A DNA stretch of 64,000 nucleotides. It comes from Phoronis australis. Its lineage: Eukaryota; Animalia; Phoronida. Location: NCBI GenBank assembly GCA_002633005.1, contig NMRA01000018.1:1711290-1775289 (forward strand), read 5' to 3'. Positions 36,266-49,100 of this stretch are shown here, one piece after another (the first letter of the stretch is position 1; every line of letters starts with the position of its first letter). The notes under the pieces are model-generated. The model searched no databases, was not told the DNA's origin, and worked only from the letters and a program-made list of their open reading frames with translations. The position numbers were made by a program, and so were the translations under genes.

Positions 36266-39200
36266 ATATTTATATACAGCTTTGTACCAAGGCTAGCGAG
36301 AACACTACATTGTACATATTACTAATTTTAAGCCAAAAAATAACATGGTTCTTCACCCAGACTGACTATCACTGTTCAATGAGAAAAATATGCCTGCCAT
36401 TATTTTTATAGGATTTATTTTTCTTTTCTGTGAAAGAATTGACTTCATACAGTACTAGCAACAAAGCGACAAGATTCACCTCCTTCATAACCTTACATTA
36501 ACTGTAAATGAAAAAGAATAATGTTCTAAAAGATGACATTTCTGGCGTTGAGTTGTGGCCTACCCCTAACTAGTGCAGTTTGACTGAAAGAACTGAGGGT
36601 TTCAGAAGGTTAGGTAACAATTACTATATGGTAATACACTGCAAATAAATCCACAAGATTGGGAAGAAAACCTACGCCTCATTTCGAAAAAGAACTGACG
36701 TAAAATAGCCATTAGTTCAAGGAACTGCATGACACCAACTGCATAAGTCACAAAAGACACTGCTTACTGCAATCGGTCTCAACAGATTCGAACTGACTCG
36801 ATAAGAATCGTCTGCATAAGGACCGCATTCAAACACAAGGCTATACAACACACCACCACAGCTCGCAATGGCAAAATAGTTAGTAAACTATCTGGAAAAA
36901 CAAGAACCAAGTGCGATCGTATAGGTGACCAAACATGCTACATTAGCAACCCTTTTCTTAAACAAATTAAAAATGTTAAATCAAAATAAAACGCAAGTAG
37001 CCAACAGATACTAGATACGTTTTCATGTGTCCCTTCGTTCATTCATTGTTCAACAGTTTCATTGTTCGACAACAACGCTGTCGTGTTGTTTTGGCAGGAG
37101 AGATACCATGCAGATTTTGACCTTTCATTTTAACTTGGCTCATGCGAGTCACGTTGTACGTACCCATAGCGTATGTGAATGGCTTGGTATCAAGAACGAA
37201 GAATAATTCGCAAAGTCCGGGCTTTTAGCAAACTTGGTTGACAAGTTTTCGACTAAACGCCGTGAAGATTGAAGGTCTCGGCTACCTGAAATACCCGGAT
37301 GAACTCTTGTTGGGGTTCAACGAAAAATGGAAATGATGTAGTTCACTAAAAAGCCGGTAGGAGGCGAGAGCTGGTCATAGTTTTGCCTCTTGCAGACGGA
37401 ATGCAGCGAGATCTTCGACTGCAGAGGTAATGCAGTGAGGGATTTTTTTGAATATGATGAACAATATTTAAGTTAATTACGTAACAGAATAATTGCGTTA
37501 AATTGTGAATAATTTGGTTAACTTGTGAACAATAATCAAGGTGTTGCAGTCAAAGATGACAAGAATGAACCAGACTTAAAGCCGACCGGGCAGGGCCTGC
37601 TGATGCATATAGGACAACAGGGCTTCCGAATCTGGAAAATAAAAAAATGCGACCCATAGGTTTGAAATTGCGCCCCCATGTCTGTGGACACTGAAAGAGA
37701 CCCATATTTATACCTTATCTGAAAACAGTTATACCCAAGTTCCTGACTAAATCCGATGTCTCATCTCGCTAGGCGGGCGGTTTTCTAAAATATCACACCA
37801 ATGCTGTTTTATCAGACCAGACCATGATATAACAAGCAATATAATGGCCTCCCATTCTATTTTTATATCAATTTAATCTAAACTGACAGCCTGAATTTCT
37901 GTCAAACTGTTGAAAAAGCTGGCCAAATCATGACTAGGAAATTGAAACTACACCGCACTCGATCAGCGGCACCGTCACTCGCATCGCAATGATTGCCCCC
38001 AAGAGATAAAAAAACACTGAAATGAGAATGCAAAGTTATTATTGCGAATCAGTACAATGACACAAGTAACAGAATGACGAATTATTGAAAAAACAAATAT
38101 TTTGATCAAATGTAAGTCATTCAATCATTGTTTTTGGCTACTTAATTGACAACGTAATAACCAACTTTCAACATGTGAACATTTTACCAGGGGTAAGTAA
38201 TTTCCCCCACGATTACTTAACAGAACACGTCACTTTGCATTTCCTAACTACCAAAACTCCAAATTTTAAACAAAATGAAAAAACATCATTGATAATACCT
38301 AAATTCTGGGAAAAAATTCCAACACTTAAGTGGTAAAATTACCAACGTTACTCATTTTTCTATTTTAACAACTCTGCTACATTATGAGATGTAAATCGAT
38401 GTTGTGTGAAGAGAAAAATCATAGAATGGTCATCGTGACTGGAACTGCAGCACATTGTCCCTTCGTTTAAATAACATGAAAAATTCATCCCTTTATCCAG
38501 TATAGTGTCCAAACTCGTGTGATAAGGCATACGCCAGTAGCTGTAAACACACATTCTATGAAACATTAAGGGTACTGGACTCCCTTTGTTCTTTACTAAG
38601 ATATGAAGTGTTTTTTGAGGAGTGGGATAACGCGACAGTTGCATGGGCGGCATAGCACTAATAAAAGTGGGGGTATATAGCCCCGCAGTCCCCCTGAGGT
38701 GAACCACCCATAGACCATCGGCGGCGCAGCACTGAAAAAAGGTGTGTGTGGGGGGGGGGGGGCTATAACCCATGAGTTGGTTAAAGGTCAACATCAAACT
38801 TGACACGATGGTTTGACTTGGTGAGGATTTTAAGTGTGGATCGTGGTATCGAGCAATAACGCACTGACAGTCTTCCCAAGCCAAAACCCATTTCTAATCC
38901 GAGTGGTGAACCAGTTTAGACCAATTTTATATGCTGTCAAAATTCTTCCGTTTTGGAGAGTGAAAAATCAACTATTTTGCTTCAGAGGGATACTAAACCC
39001 TGTTTTGGTGATTCCCCACCAGGGATTCATTCTCAGGCCCCCTGCTAATACATCACTGGTGTCCTGCACAAATGATAAAAGCAGACCTCAGTTACAAAGA
39101 GGATATTATGGTTCGTGGTGGTCTGTCTTCCCTACAACTGTATCATACTTGCCTGCATCATAGGTCACGCTTGCCCGTTTCGCAGACTCTGTAAGCAGTT

Positions 39201-40424
39201 TACAAATTCAAATTTTGCTCCAAACTTTTGAGTGTTTTCGAGGGTTACAGAGTATTATTTTGTTTCAGTGAACTGGACTCGAAAGTTGTTTTCAATATCT
39301 GTTCATAAGCCAAAATCGGGTTTGGTATTCTCGTAAGGTCGGAGCTTGAACCAAATTTCAGAAACAGGCAAATATTGGCTGTTCCAATTTCAAGACTCTT
39401 CATCAACAACAAACCTATGGGGGACGGGACGCATGAAAGCTCTGCGTCAGCGGCTGTTGTCTATCACATTATGAACTACATCCTATTGATAAAAAACGTA
39501 GTTTCCCATACTTGAACACTAAGATGAATGCCAAAATCGCCCATGTCCCAATCACCAGAATCAAGAAAATTCAATTGGACTGGATTTGAAAAAAAATGTT
39601 TACCGTTAAATCGACTTATTTGGGTGAAGGTCGATGCTCGTTTTTATTAAAGGTCTCAAGTCCAGTTGCGGCTGAGGCTACGGTAAGAACATCACTGCAA
39701 ATGCTGCGCTGATTTTTTTTATAAACGTGAAATGTTTACAACTGGCCCCAGGTTCGTAGCAGCTTGGCTTTTAACACACTTATATCATAGATTATAGAAT
39801 ATGTATAATACAAGTTTAAAAAAACAAAATCAATTTACATTAAATGAAGAAAATACAGGCAAAACCTGCATTGCATGCAAAGTCGGTGGAGACCACCTAA
39901 ATTTTGAACAATTATGCAATGGTATTAAAACAACACATTTTCATGAATTCATGGAAAAAATTATTATAAATTATTTTTCCATACTAAGCTATAATCTTTC
40001 CTGATACTCAAAACAATTTGGCACACCAACTAAACTTATGTAAGTAGCGAAACACCAGAAACTGAACTCACAGTTGTCATTCTACCTTTCACTTTTGAGC
40101 AAACACAAAAATTAATTAAGACCATTGTTTTGTGTTGCACATTCTAACACCCATCAGCACGTCATCTGTTGGCCACATCAAGTGACCTATTATTTGGTGC
40201 TCCAGTATATTACAATTTACAAGGATGACTACTTAACCCAAGTTTGCACTTGTTGACCCCAGAATTAAAGCTATGGGTTGGAGTATGAACTGGAAACCCC
40301 AAGCTTTTAGTCAAAACTTTATTTTTACAGGTGTTTGTAGCAAGAATCTTACGGTCATCAAGTGTGAATTTGGAAAAGACATTTGCTTCCATAAACCATA
40401 ATATTTACTGTTTATATTGCAGGC

Positions 40425-40645
40425 CGTTTGATACACGTTGTACCAGACGTGCACAGGCCTCGCATGTGGGCCTATTGCACTGATCACCTGGAACTATTTT
40501 TATGCTTTATTCATATATGGTTAAAACCGAGCTGAGGAGCTAGAAACCTGGCTAAAGGGTTTAGCAGTGTGACCTGGTGAGACTCAAACCAACGACCTCC
40601 AGTAAAGAAAGTGGGCACTTATCAACCAGGCCACACTCTGCCTCA
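40425..40645 (-). mobile_element. tRNA-derived SINE
   Basis: Reverse complement of 44273-44467, with high identity. Confidence 0.8.
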
Positions 40646-41109
40646 TCTAAACCATAATATACTCTAGCACACAAAAATAGATGATTATCTTAAGTTAGAA
40701 CTTATGTAGAATAGAAAGTCATAAATAATTATTAGTTTGATTTCGAGACCAATTAGACACCTGGGACAGATTGGTGCCTATACTCAAGAAAGCTCACAAA
40801 ACATACTAAAGTCCATTGTGTCAAAACTAACCATTAAAGCAGCATATTTTCAACAACTGACATTGTGTAGACACAGGCCACAGTGCATGTCCCAATGTGT
40901 TGACTGCTAATGGCAACTATTGCTAATAATAGATATAAGTTAAATAATCAGAGTATTTCAGCAGCTAGTTTTCCTTGTGACATGTTTTGTAAACATGACA
41001 TTCCACAAGCACTTAACATCCTTAATGGACAGTTTCTCCACTAGGTGGCAGTCGTATCAGTCCATAGGATTGTCCCCAGTTTATGGTGTTACATAAAGAC
41101 AATAGTGGT

Positions 41110-41330
41110 GTCATATTCAAGTCACGGAACTCAAAAATACACACAACGCAACTACCTGGTGCTTTGTCTCCATTATAAACATGATCAGGGACAATCCATT
41201 AAACGGTAGTCACACAACAAAAGTGAGAAAGGAGATAATTGTACACATAATTGTCCTTAATGATGTCACAAAGGAGAAAAAGTACAGGACAATTTTTGCT
41301 GTATTTTTGCATTCTGTGACTTGAATATGA
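41110..41330. mobile_element. MITE with TIRs of about 31 bp
   Basis: GTCATATTCAAGTCACGGAACTCAAAAATAC / GTATTTTTGCATTCTGTGACTTGAATATGAC. Confidence 0.7.
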
Positions 41331-43191
41331 CATACCAGCAGCGAGGAATAATTATTGCACAGAATGACGTGTGTTACTAGTTCTGTCAGCTACCAATTGG
41401 AAAGGCTGAGTGTCCTTTATGGCTGTTAAGAGCAAACGAAATGTCACATTTAACAAACATCCAAATATCATGCAATACCAGCTTTGATTAACTGCTCGCA
41501 AAACCTACATTTCAGTGAACAAGTACAATCCAGTAATCGAATAAGCAACAGTTGCCAAGGGACACTTTGGAACAACTACCGTGACCTCAGACTTAAGTTT
41601 CAGACCTTCAGTACACACACACTGAGAGCCCGATATTTTTAAATGGCAAGGCATTACAATTAAATAAACATTATTCAAATAAAACATGCATCTCAAATAT
41701 TACAAAATAGCTTGTCTTCAGCATGCGACTTCGTGAAATAACATTGGGTTCATCTATCAGTAGCTCACATGAACTTGAATGGAGAATACCTCACATAAGG
41801 GAATTGAAAGCCTATATCAGAGTACCTATCAATCAAGAGCACAAAGAGGCAAAGTTATTTGATAAAACATGAGTGTACATCACTATGGTAACTCAGGACT
41901 GCTTCCATTCAAGCAGATAGCATTTACAATTGAAAACCATAAAAAACTGAAAGCTATTTGGTGAGGTATTGCAACATTCCTGCACTCTACAATGAACAAA
42001 AGCTTATTCTGAATCTCAAGGATAAAGAATTGCGACAGAACGATGTTCACTTCAAAACAAATTATAACAAATAATATCATCAAGGTGTTGACATTCAGTG
42101 TATACATTAACATTGAACTGCACAGGTATAAAGGTGTTGTAAAATATATTCAGCAGCGCACTGCACTGCAGGACTTGCCCCCATACATAGGTGACGACAT
42201 GAAAGTACATCTTTTAAGAAATTATAACATTGGAAAATCACAAGAGAAATGATTTCAATCCAGGAATAAATATGTTTAAAGTAACATGAGGTGTTCTTGG
42301 CACAGAGAACCATAGCACATTTAGAAAGGCAACAGTTTTTTAAATGTCAACAATAATGCTTTTGCACCGAACTCCAATGAGTAGCCACAACTGACAAATG
42401 ACAACACATCTACCTTTAGTATCCATATATACTAACTACAACTGAACACAGTACAAATATCCTGCCTGAAAAACAACAACTGTAGTGTATGAGAAGTAGG
42501 CAAAAAACTCTGTCATCAGATAAAAACAAGGTGAATTGATTTCATAACGAGAATTTTAACACATATGCATAATAGAAAATAAAAAACATAAATACTTTAA
42601 TATGCACCATCAGGACACAAAGCCTGAACAGTGAGTGAAAATATTTGTATAAAAAGTGGTCATTTGTCTAATTACAATTTTTGTCCAATAGTTCCAAAAT
42701 GTGCAGGTTTCATAGTTAAAAAATCTCTTACAAAGTTAGCTGGCATTGCACTAAATACAGGGTGGGTCAAAATGTTGCCTATTCTGATTGTACACTATCT
42801 CTAATTGTTACGTTTTAAATTTTAATGTTTTTCTAAAAATACTTCACTTAGATATGAACTTATTGTTTGATACTGATAGTCTCATACTTTGAAACTAATT
42901 CTGAAAAAAAACCAATAACGTTTCAGCCTAAGAATGTGCCTGGTCTCTGAATCCCCCCCCCACACACACGTAGAAGTATATAACGACGTCATCACACGTA
43001 CTCAGTGGAATCTTCTCGAATTTTCCAATACTGTTGTGTTCAAAGAGAGAGACAACATAATCAGTATACAAAACAAGATTCTTTTGAAGATCAAACAAAA
43101 AAGTGTACAAACAAAATGGTTAACATTTTAGGCCCTCCCCTGCGATTCATAGCTAGACAATAAGACTGCTGACCTCACCACGTAATGTGTG

Positions 43192-46100
43192 CTATGTTTT
43201 GATTGACATGTGTCTCTGCCTAACTAGGCTCTTAGGAATAACATACAGCTGAGGTGTAGAGCTTGGGAAGTACGGTGACTTTGAGCCAATCAATAGTATG
43301 GTGTTTGACCTGTAGACAAACCTGTAAACAAAGTCATGAGCGTTAAATAATTTAAAAACACTGACGGCATTCATTCATTCATTCATTCTGGTGAAATCAG
43401 AAGTAAGAAAGACCACACAGGAAATGAGGGACTATAAATTTGACCAGCTTCAGGGCAGACAGCAGACAATAGGAAAACGGGTTACTTTCATAATTCAATG
43501 TTAACACAATCATTCAAGTACGTGTATCTAATTGCTGGAATTGACCACCAAAACTATATTAATACCTAACATATTTGTAATTTTGGTAGGATGGTGCAGC
43601 TCGTCAAGAAAAATGTTTGACATTTGCACAGCTTTGGCGGAAGCTGCTACCTATTGACAAAGTTATAGGAAATTTATACTTTTTATACACCTCTCAGTTT
43701 TGAAAAGTTGTTCCGTATAAATGTCACTGTTCTTAATAGTCTCAGCGTGTCACGGGACTAGAATACCACACACGTGAACAGCACACCTACCTCACAAGAT
43801 TGTGGTAAATATTCTTAGGTTTAAAGTTTGGCGCATAAAACAGGCCAAAGCATTTGCACAATTTGTTGAGCAGAGTGTAGTCCCGGTCCGCCGACTGCTC
43901 AAAATAGACGGAGTAAACTTTCCTGAAACGAGCAAAAAGGGCGACTCAGGAGTGACACAATTAAAGCTAGTTATAACTACGGTATAAATTTTGAACAAGA
44001 TAAAAAGAGCGAGAATGTTTAAATAAAAGACGTACATCAGACAAAAGAAGAAGAGCATAAAACCATTCAAACTATTGAAATATCTGATCATAGTCTGTGC
44101 ATAACAGGCGGGTAGAAAAACTCACCCACCTGGCAGCACCCACTCAGACATAACACAATCAGAAAACTTGAAGACGTGTATAAGTCTTGACAACATTCCA
44201 TAAACAAATGTGACAATGTATTGTACAAAATTACAGCTACAATTGTGTGCGAACAGCATACATGCTCAAACAGGAGGCAGTGTGGCCTGGTTGATAAGTG
44301 CCCGCTTTCTTTACTCGAGGTCGTGGGTTCAAGTCCCACCAGGTCACACTGCTAAACCCTTGAGCCAGGTTTCTAGCTCCTCAGCTCGGTTTTAACCATA
44401 TATTAATAAAGCATAAAAATAGTTCCAGGTGAACAGTGCAATGGGCCCACATGCGAGGCCTGCACACNNNNNNNNNNNNNNNNNNNNNNNNNNNNNNNNN
44501 NNNNNNNNNNNNNNNNNNNNNNNNNNNNNNNNNNNNNNNNNNNNNNNNNNNNNNNNNNNNNNNNNNNNNNNNNNNNNNNNNNNNNNNNNNNNNNNNNNNN
44601 NNNNNNNNNNNNNNNNNNNNNNNNNNNNNNNNNNNNNNNNNNNNNNNNNNNNNNNNNNNNNNNNNNNNNNNNNNNNNNNNNNNNNNNNNNNNNNNNNNNN
44701 NNNNNNNNNNNNNNNNNNNNNNNNNNNNNNNNNNNNNNNNNNNNNNNNNNNNNNNNNNNNNNNNNNNNNNNNNNNNNNNNNNNNNNNNNNNNNNNNNNNN
44801 NNNNNNNNNNNNNNNNNNNNNNNNNNNNNNNNNNNNNNNNNNNNNNNNNNNNNNNNNNNNNNNNNNNNNNNNNNNNNNNNNNNNNNNNNNNNNNNNNNNN
44901 NNNNNNNNNNNNNNNNNNNNNNNNNNNNNNNNNNNNNNNNNNNNNNNNNNNNNNNNNNNNNNNNNNNNNNNNNNNNNNNNNNNNNNNNNNNNNNNNNNNN
45001 NNNNNNNNNNNNNNNNNNNNNNNNNNNNNNNNNNNNNNNNNNNNNNNNNNNNNNNNNNNNNNNNNNNNNNNNNNNNNNNNNNNNNNNNNNNNNNNNNNNN
45101 NNNNNNNNNNNNNNNNNNNNNNNNNNNNNNNNNNNNNNNNNNNNNNNNNNNNNNNNNNNNNNNNNNNNNNNNNNNNNNNNNNNNNNNNNNNNNNNNNNNN
45201 NNNNNNNNNNNNNNNNNNNNNNNNNNNNNNNNNNNNNNNNNNNNNNNNNNNNNNNNNNNNNNNNNNNNNNNNNNNNNNNNNNNNNNNNNNNNNNNNNNNN
45301 NNNNNNNNNNNNNNNNNNNNNNNNNNNNNNNNNNNNNNNNNNNNNNNNNNNNNNNNNNNNNNNNNNNNNNNNNNNNNNNNNNNNNNNNGATAAGATATGC
45401 AGTGAACTCTGATTGGTCAGATAAGATATGCAGTAAACTCTGACTGGTCAGATAAGATATGCAGTGAACTCTGATTGGTCAGATAAGATATGCAGTGAAC
45501 TCTGATTGGTCAGATAAGATATGCAGCACATGAGGAATTCAGGATTTGGAAGCACAAACAAAACAACACATTAATTTGTTTCAGTGACTGGGAAACGACG
45601 CCTTACAGATTTGTATTGCGTTTGCTCAGGAAAAGCGAGCTGAGTTCTGACTGGCCAGATGAGATGTGTGGCTGTTTCCTAAGCACACGCGAGACATCAG
45701 GGACGACAAACTCCAGCTCATCGGGTAGATCCCAGTCTTCCCATGCTCTGAAGTAGAGGAATACAGCAGATAAAATATGCCCAGTTATTAAATCAGGGCT
45801 TGGAATCATCAGTGACACCAAAAGAGGAAATATTTCCAGGTGATGTATTGTTCCAAAATAAAATAGGCTTGTGTGATAGATGCATTTTGTGCATTGTAGA
45901 ATTTAACCGAAATAAATGTTTTTCCAAGAATAAAGTCAAAATAACGAAGAGACAAAAAAGCAGAAACTGGAAATCAAATAAAAGGAAATTAAAACCAAAA
46001 AAGAGGAAATCCTCTAAAAATAGGAAAATTCCAAGCTCTGTTATTAAATAGTTTCTTCATCAGGGTTACAGTTTCATGATGGGACACGGGCAAATTCAGA

Positions 46101-49100
46101 ACAGTTGTGTCATGTTAGTTATTTATTTTCAATTATTCAAAGGCCCAAACAGTGATCTTTGTGTCATCCAAAAATGCCAACATTAAACCAGAGTATTCTA
46201 AGCTTGCAGATACGACAAAGCATGTGGCCTCACACACAGTTGTGGTCCGTCATGAAAGTATGCTAAATATTATTCAAGAATGTTAACTCGACATAACAGA
46301 CAAATTCTAAAATACATTCCACATATCAAGAATGTTGTCCGAGAACACAGCACATAGTCTATTAATATCACCACCTCTAAAAGATCGATGTGTTTAGCCA
46401 ATAAAGACAAAGAAATGCAATGAATCAGTGCACTTTTACTGCGTTTAATTGCCACCCCCCACCCCCTACCTTGTGTCACAGCACTGTTTCATTTTGCCAG
46501 CCATTCCTGCCTTGTAAAAAGCAGTCTTCACCATGAATCCCAAGCCTGGTTTATTGGACACACGATACACCTGGGACACATTGCCAGACACTTCCACGAA
46601 TCCTGGAAAAGAGATCAAGTGTTTAAATCAACACTTGACGGTTTAAAAACGCAAAGAAGGAAGGACCATGTTTGTAAAGACACTAGACGACTTCATAACT
46701 CATATTTAGGAACTGAATGCAACACATTTTTAATATTATTTAGTCACATACAGTGCATTACTTGAGAACTGTTGTTTTGATTCATGTTTTGGGTGGAGCC
46801 ACCTATTTATTGGCTTTTTAATACGACAAGTTAGCGTTCCGGATTACACTAAAATTACAACGGAATCGAGTTCCAAAACTGTGACTTTTGAAGACAATAC
46901 TGTGTGCGGAGTTCAGTTGACAAACGTGTAACACACAACCCATAGTCAGCGTATAATGAAACTCAAAATTGGCAAACAGCAACTACAAGAGACTGCCACT
47001 GACCATTGGGGTTCCACGCCGATACTCCAACCACTGTCGGGTCCTTGTCGATGCCATCCATTGTGTAGGCCATGAACGACAGGAAGTCAGGTGACAACAG
47101 GAGGTCCTCTTCAACAACAATCAGGTACTTGAACACCTGTAAGCACACCCATGGCCGAATGAAAAACCTGGATTGTATACTGTGAATCACGTTACTTGCC
47201 AGGAAATCGAGATCACGCAAGACGAGAATAAAACTGGGCGTGTAAACGCACGGCCATACTCGTGTACAATTATAGCAAATATGACCACCAATGCCAGCGG
47301 GTCTTCAGAATAAAGCTCAAATTATGGGTGGCCGTTCTTGTAAGAAGTAAAGCATTAAAACTGGGTGGTATTTTTGACCCCTCAATGTTGATAGGTTAGT
47401 ATTTTCATCCAAACACATCTCAAAAGAAATCAAAACCCATTGAAAATTCACTTGGCAAATACCCTAACATATCCCAAAACAACAAACAAGCCCATGATGC
47501 TAGTGTATACAGTGCAATATGTACATTAAGCCATTAATCAAGTCATGGGCAACTTGAATACAAGCACATGGTGTACTGCAGTCATATTAGAATGAAACTG
47601 TCTGCAACACTAAACTGGTGTTAACACATATAAGAAAATTGATGATTTTTAAATAAAAAGTATGAGGAGTAAGATCGACAAGTTCCAATATTCACTTGTC
47701 GATAGTAGAATAAAAGAGTTCGTGGAGACAGTTTGAGATTCATAGATCCATGAAATTGAAAAAAATCTTTATTGAAATTACAGACACATGGGGAACAGAG
47801 ACACCTAATGGCTGCCAAAAGTATTGCTCACAGGTGTCTTTGAAAAGCAAGTTTCTGGTAATTGATATGAGTTGTGATCTCACATGGAATTTTTCTGCAC
47901 TCACAAAAACTTTGTGGTCGGTCGGTCTGTCATTATCCTTTCTTGTCCATTAATTATCTCAAGAACCGCTTGGTCGATCATGATGAAATTTGGTATAGAG
48001 GTACTTGGCAAGGATGCGCCTGCACCAGTCAATTTTCGGGAGGGCTTGGCAACCTTGGTATCCCATGTTGGCCGCTTTAGTTTTCGACAAGCCATTCTTT
48101 GTATGTTGATTATCTCAAAAACTGCTTCACTGATCACTGACAACGAATGTCAAAATAGAGGTATATCGCAAGAATGTGCTGGCACCTGTCAATTTTTAGA
48201 CGCTGTATTCAACTGCTGTGGTACCCCGTTAGTTTTTGACAAGACAGGTTGATTATCTCAAAAAAGCTAGGGCACAACTGGAAATTTGGCACAAAAATAT
48301 ATAGCAGGGATGGATGCGTTGACAGAAGTCATTTTCATTTTGATTCGACCACCCTCTTGGCTAATTTAGTTTTTGACAATATTGGACAAGACAACTAGTT
48401 CTTGGCCGTCAATCATCTATTATAACAGATCATCCTGGAAGCCATTTGTTTGCAAGTGTTTATATTTTAACCTATTAATTAAAATATTATGGTCATGGGT
48501 TGGAGAAATAAATGAAAAATATGGGAGGTGGGTACGAAATAAAAGTGCCTTCCCCCCTCCAATACAGATTTTGCTAGAACAGCCCTGATCTGTCGGGGAG
48601 ATCGGAATGTTGCCCAGGTTCTCAGTGCTGAAGTTGGAGTGAGAAAACGTGAATTTCTTTTCCCATTTTCGAAATATGACCTAAATCCTCGAAATAGCTG
48701 TCTCCGAAATTCCATTCTCAACACATCATATCCCACAATGCAAAGCTAAATAGTGCGTTTTTCATTGGTCAGTCCATCACAAAACAAACTGTTGATTGAC
48801 AAATCATGGAAGGGAAATCTCATAAAAAATTATAGTATACACTGGTACTGAGGATGTGTGCTCTTATACACTGGTACTGAGGATGTGTGCTCTTGGTTGG
48901 ATCTCCTGCTCTTGACTATTTTTCTGCCTTGATCTTCGCGGAACTGGCGCAATAAAATTTCCAATATTAAAAGCTACTTTTTTACGTTCAACTGATTTTT
49001 GTAAGAGAAATAAATATTCAAAATCTATAACATTTGAAAACCTGTACACAGCAAACATTGGCAGCCCTGCAGACCCTTGCGAACTAAGTTGGCAACGTTC

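Noticed and set aside
38360-39163. ORFs of 174 and 109 aa in the intergenic region
   Set aside because: No domains and no supporting splice chain; includes a G homopolymer typical of repeats
44273-44350. tRNA gene (also at 19108, about 21530 and 49960)
   Set aside because: A and B boxes are present but I see no intact cloverleaf, and most copies continue into a shared non-tRNA body, so these are SINE heads
44429-45443. Long ORFs of 327 and 335 aa (and ORFs at 24810-25398)
   Set aside because: They are open only because they span N runs
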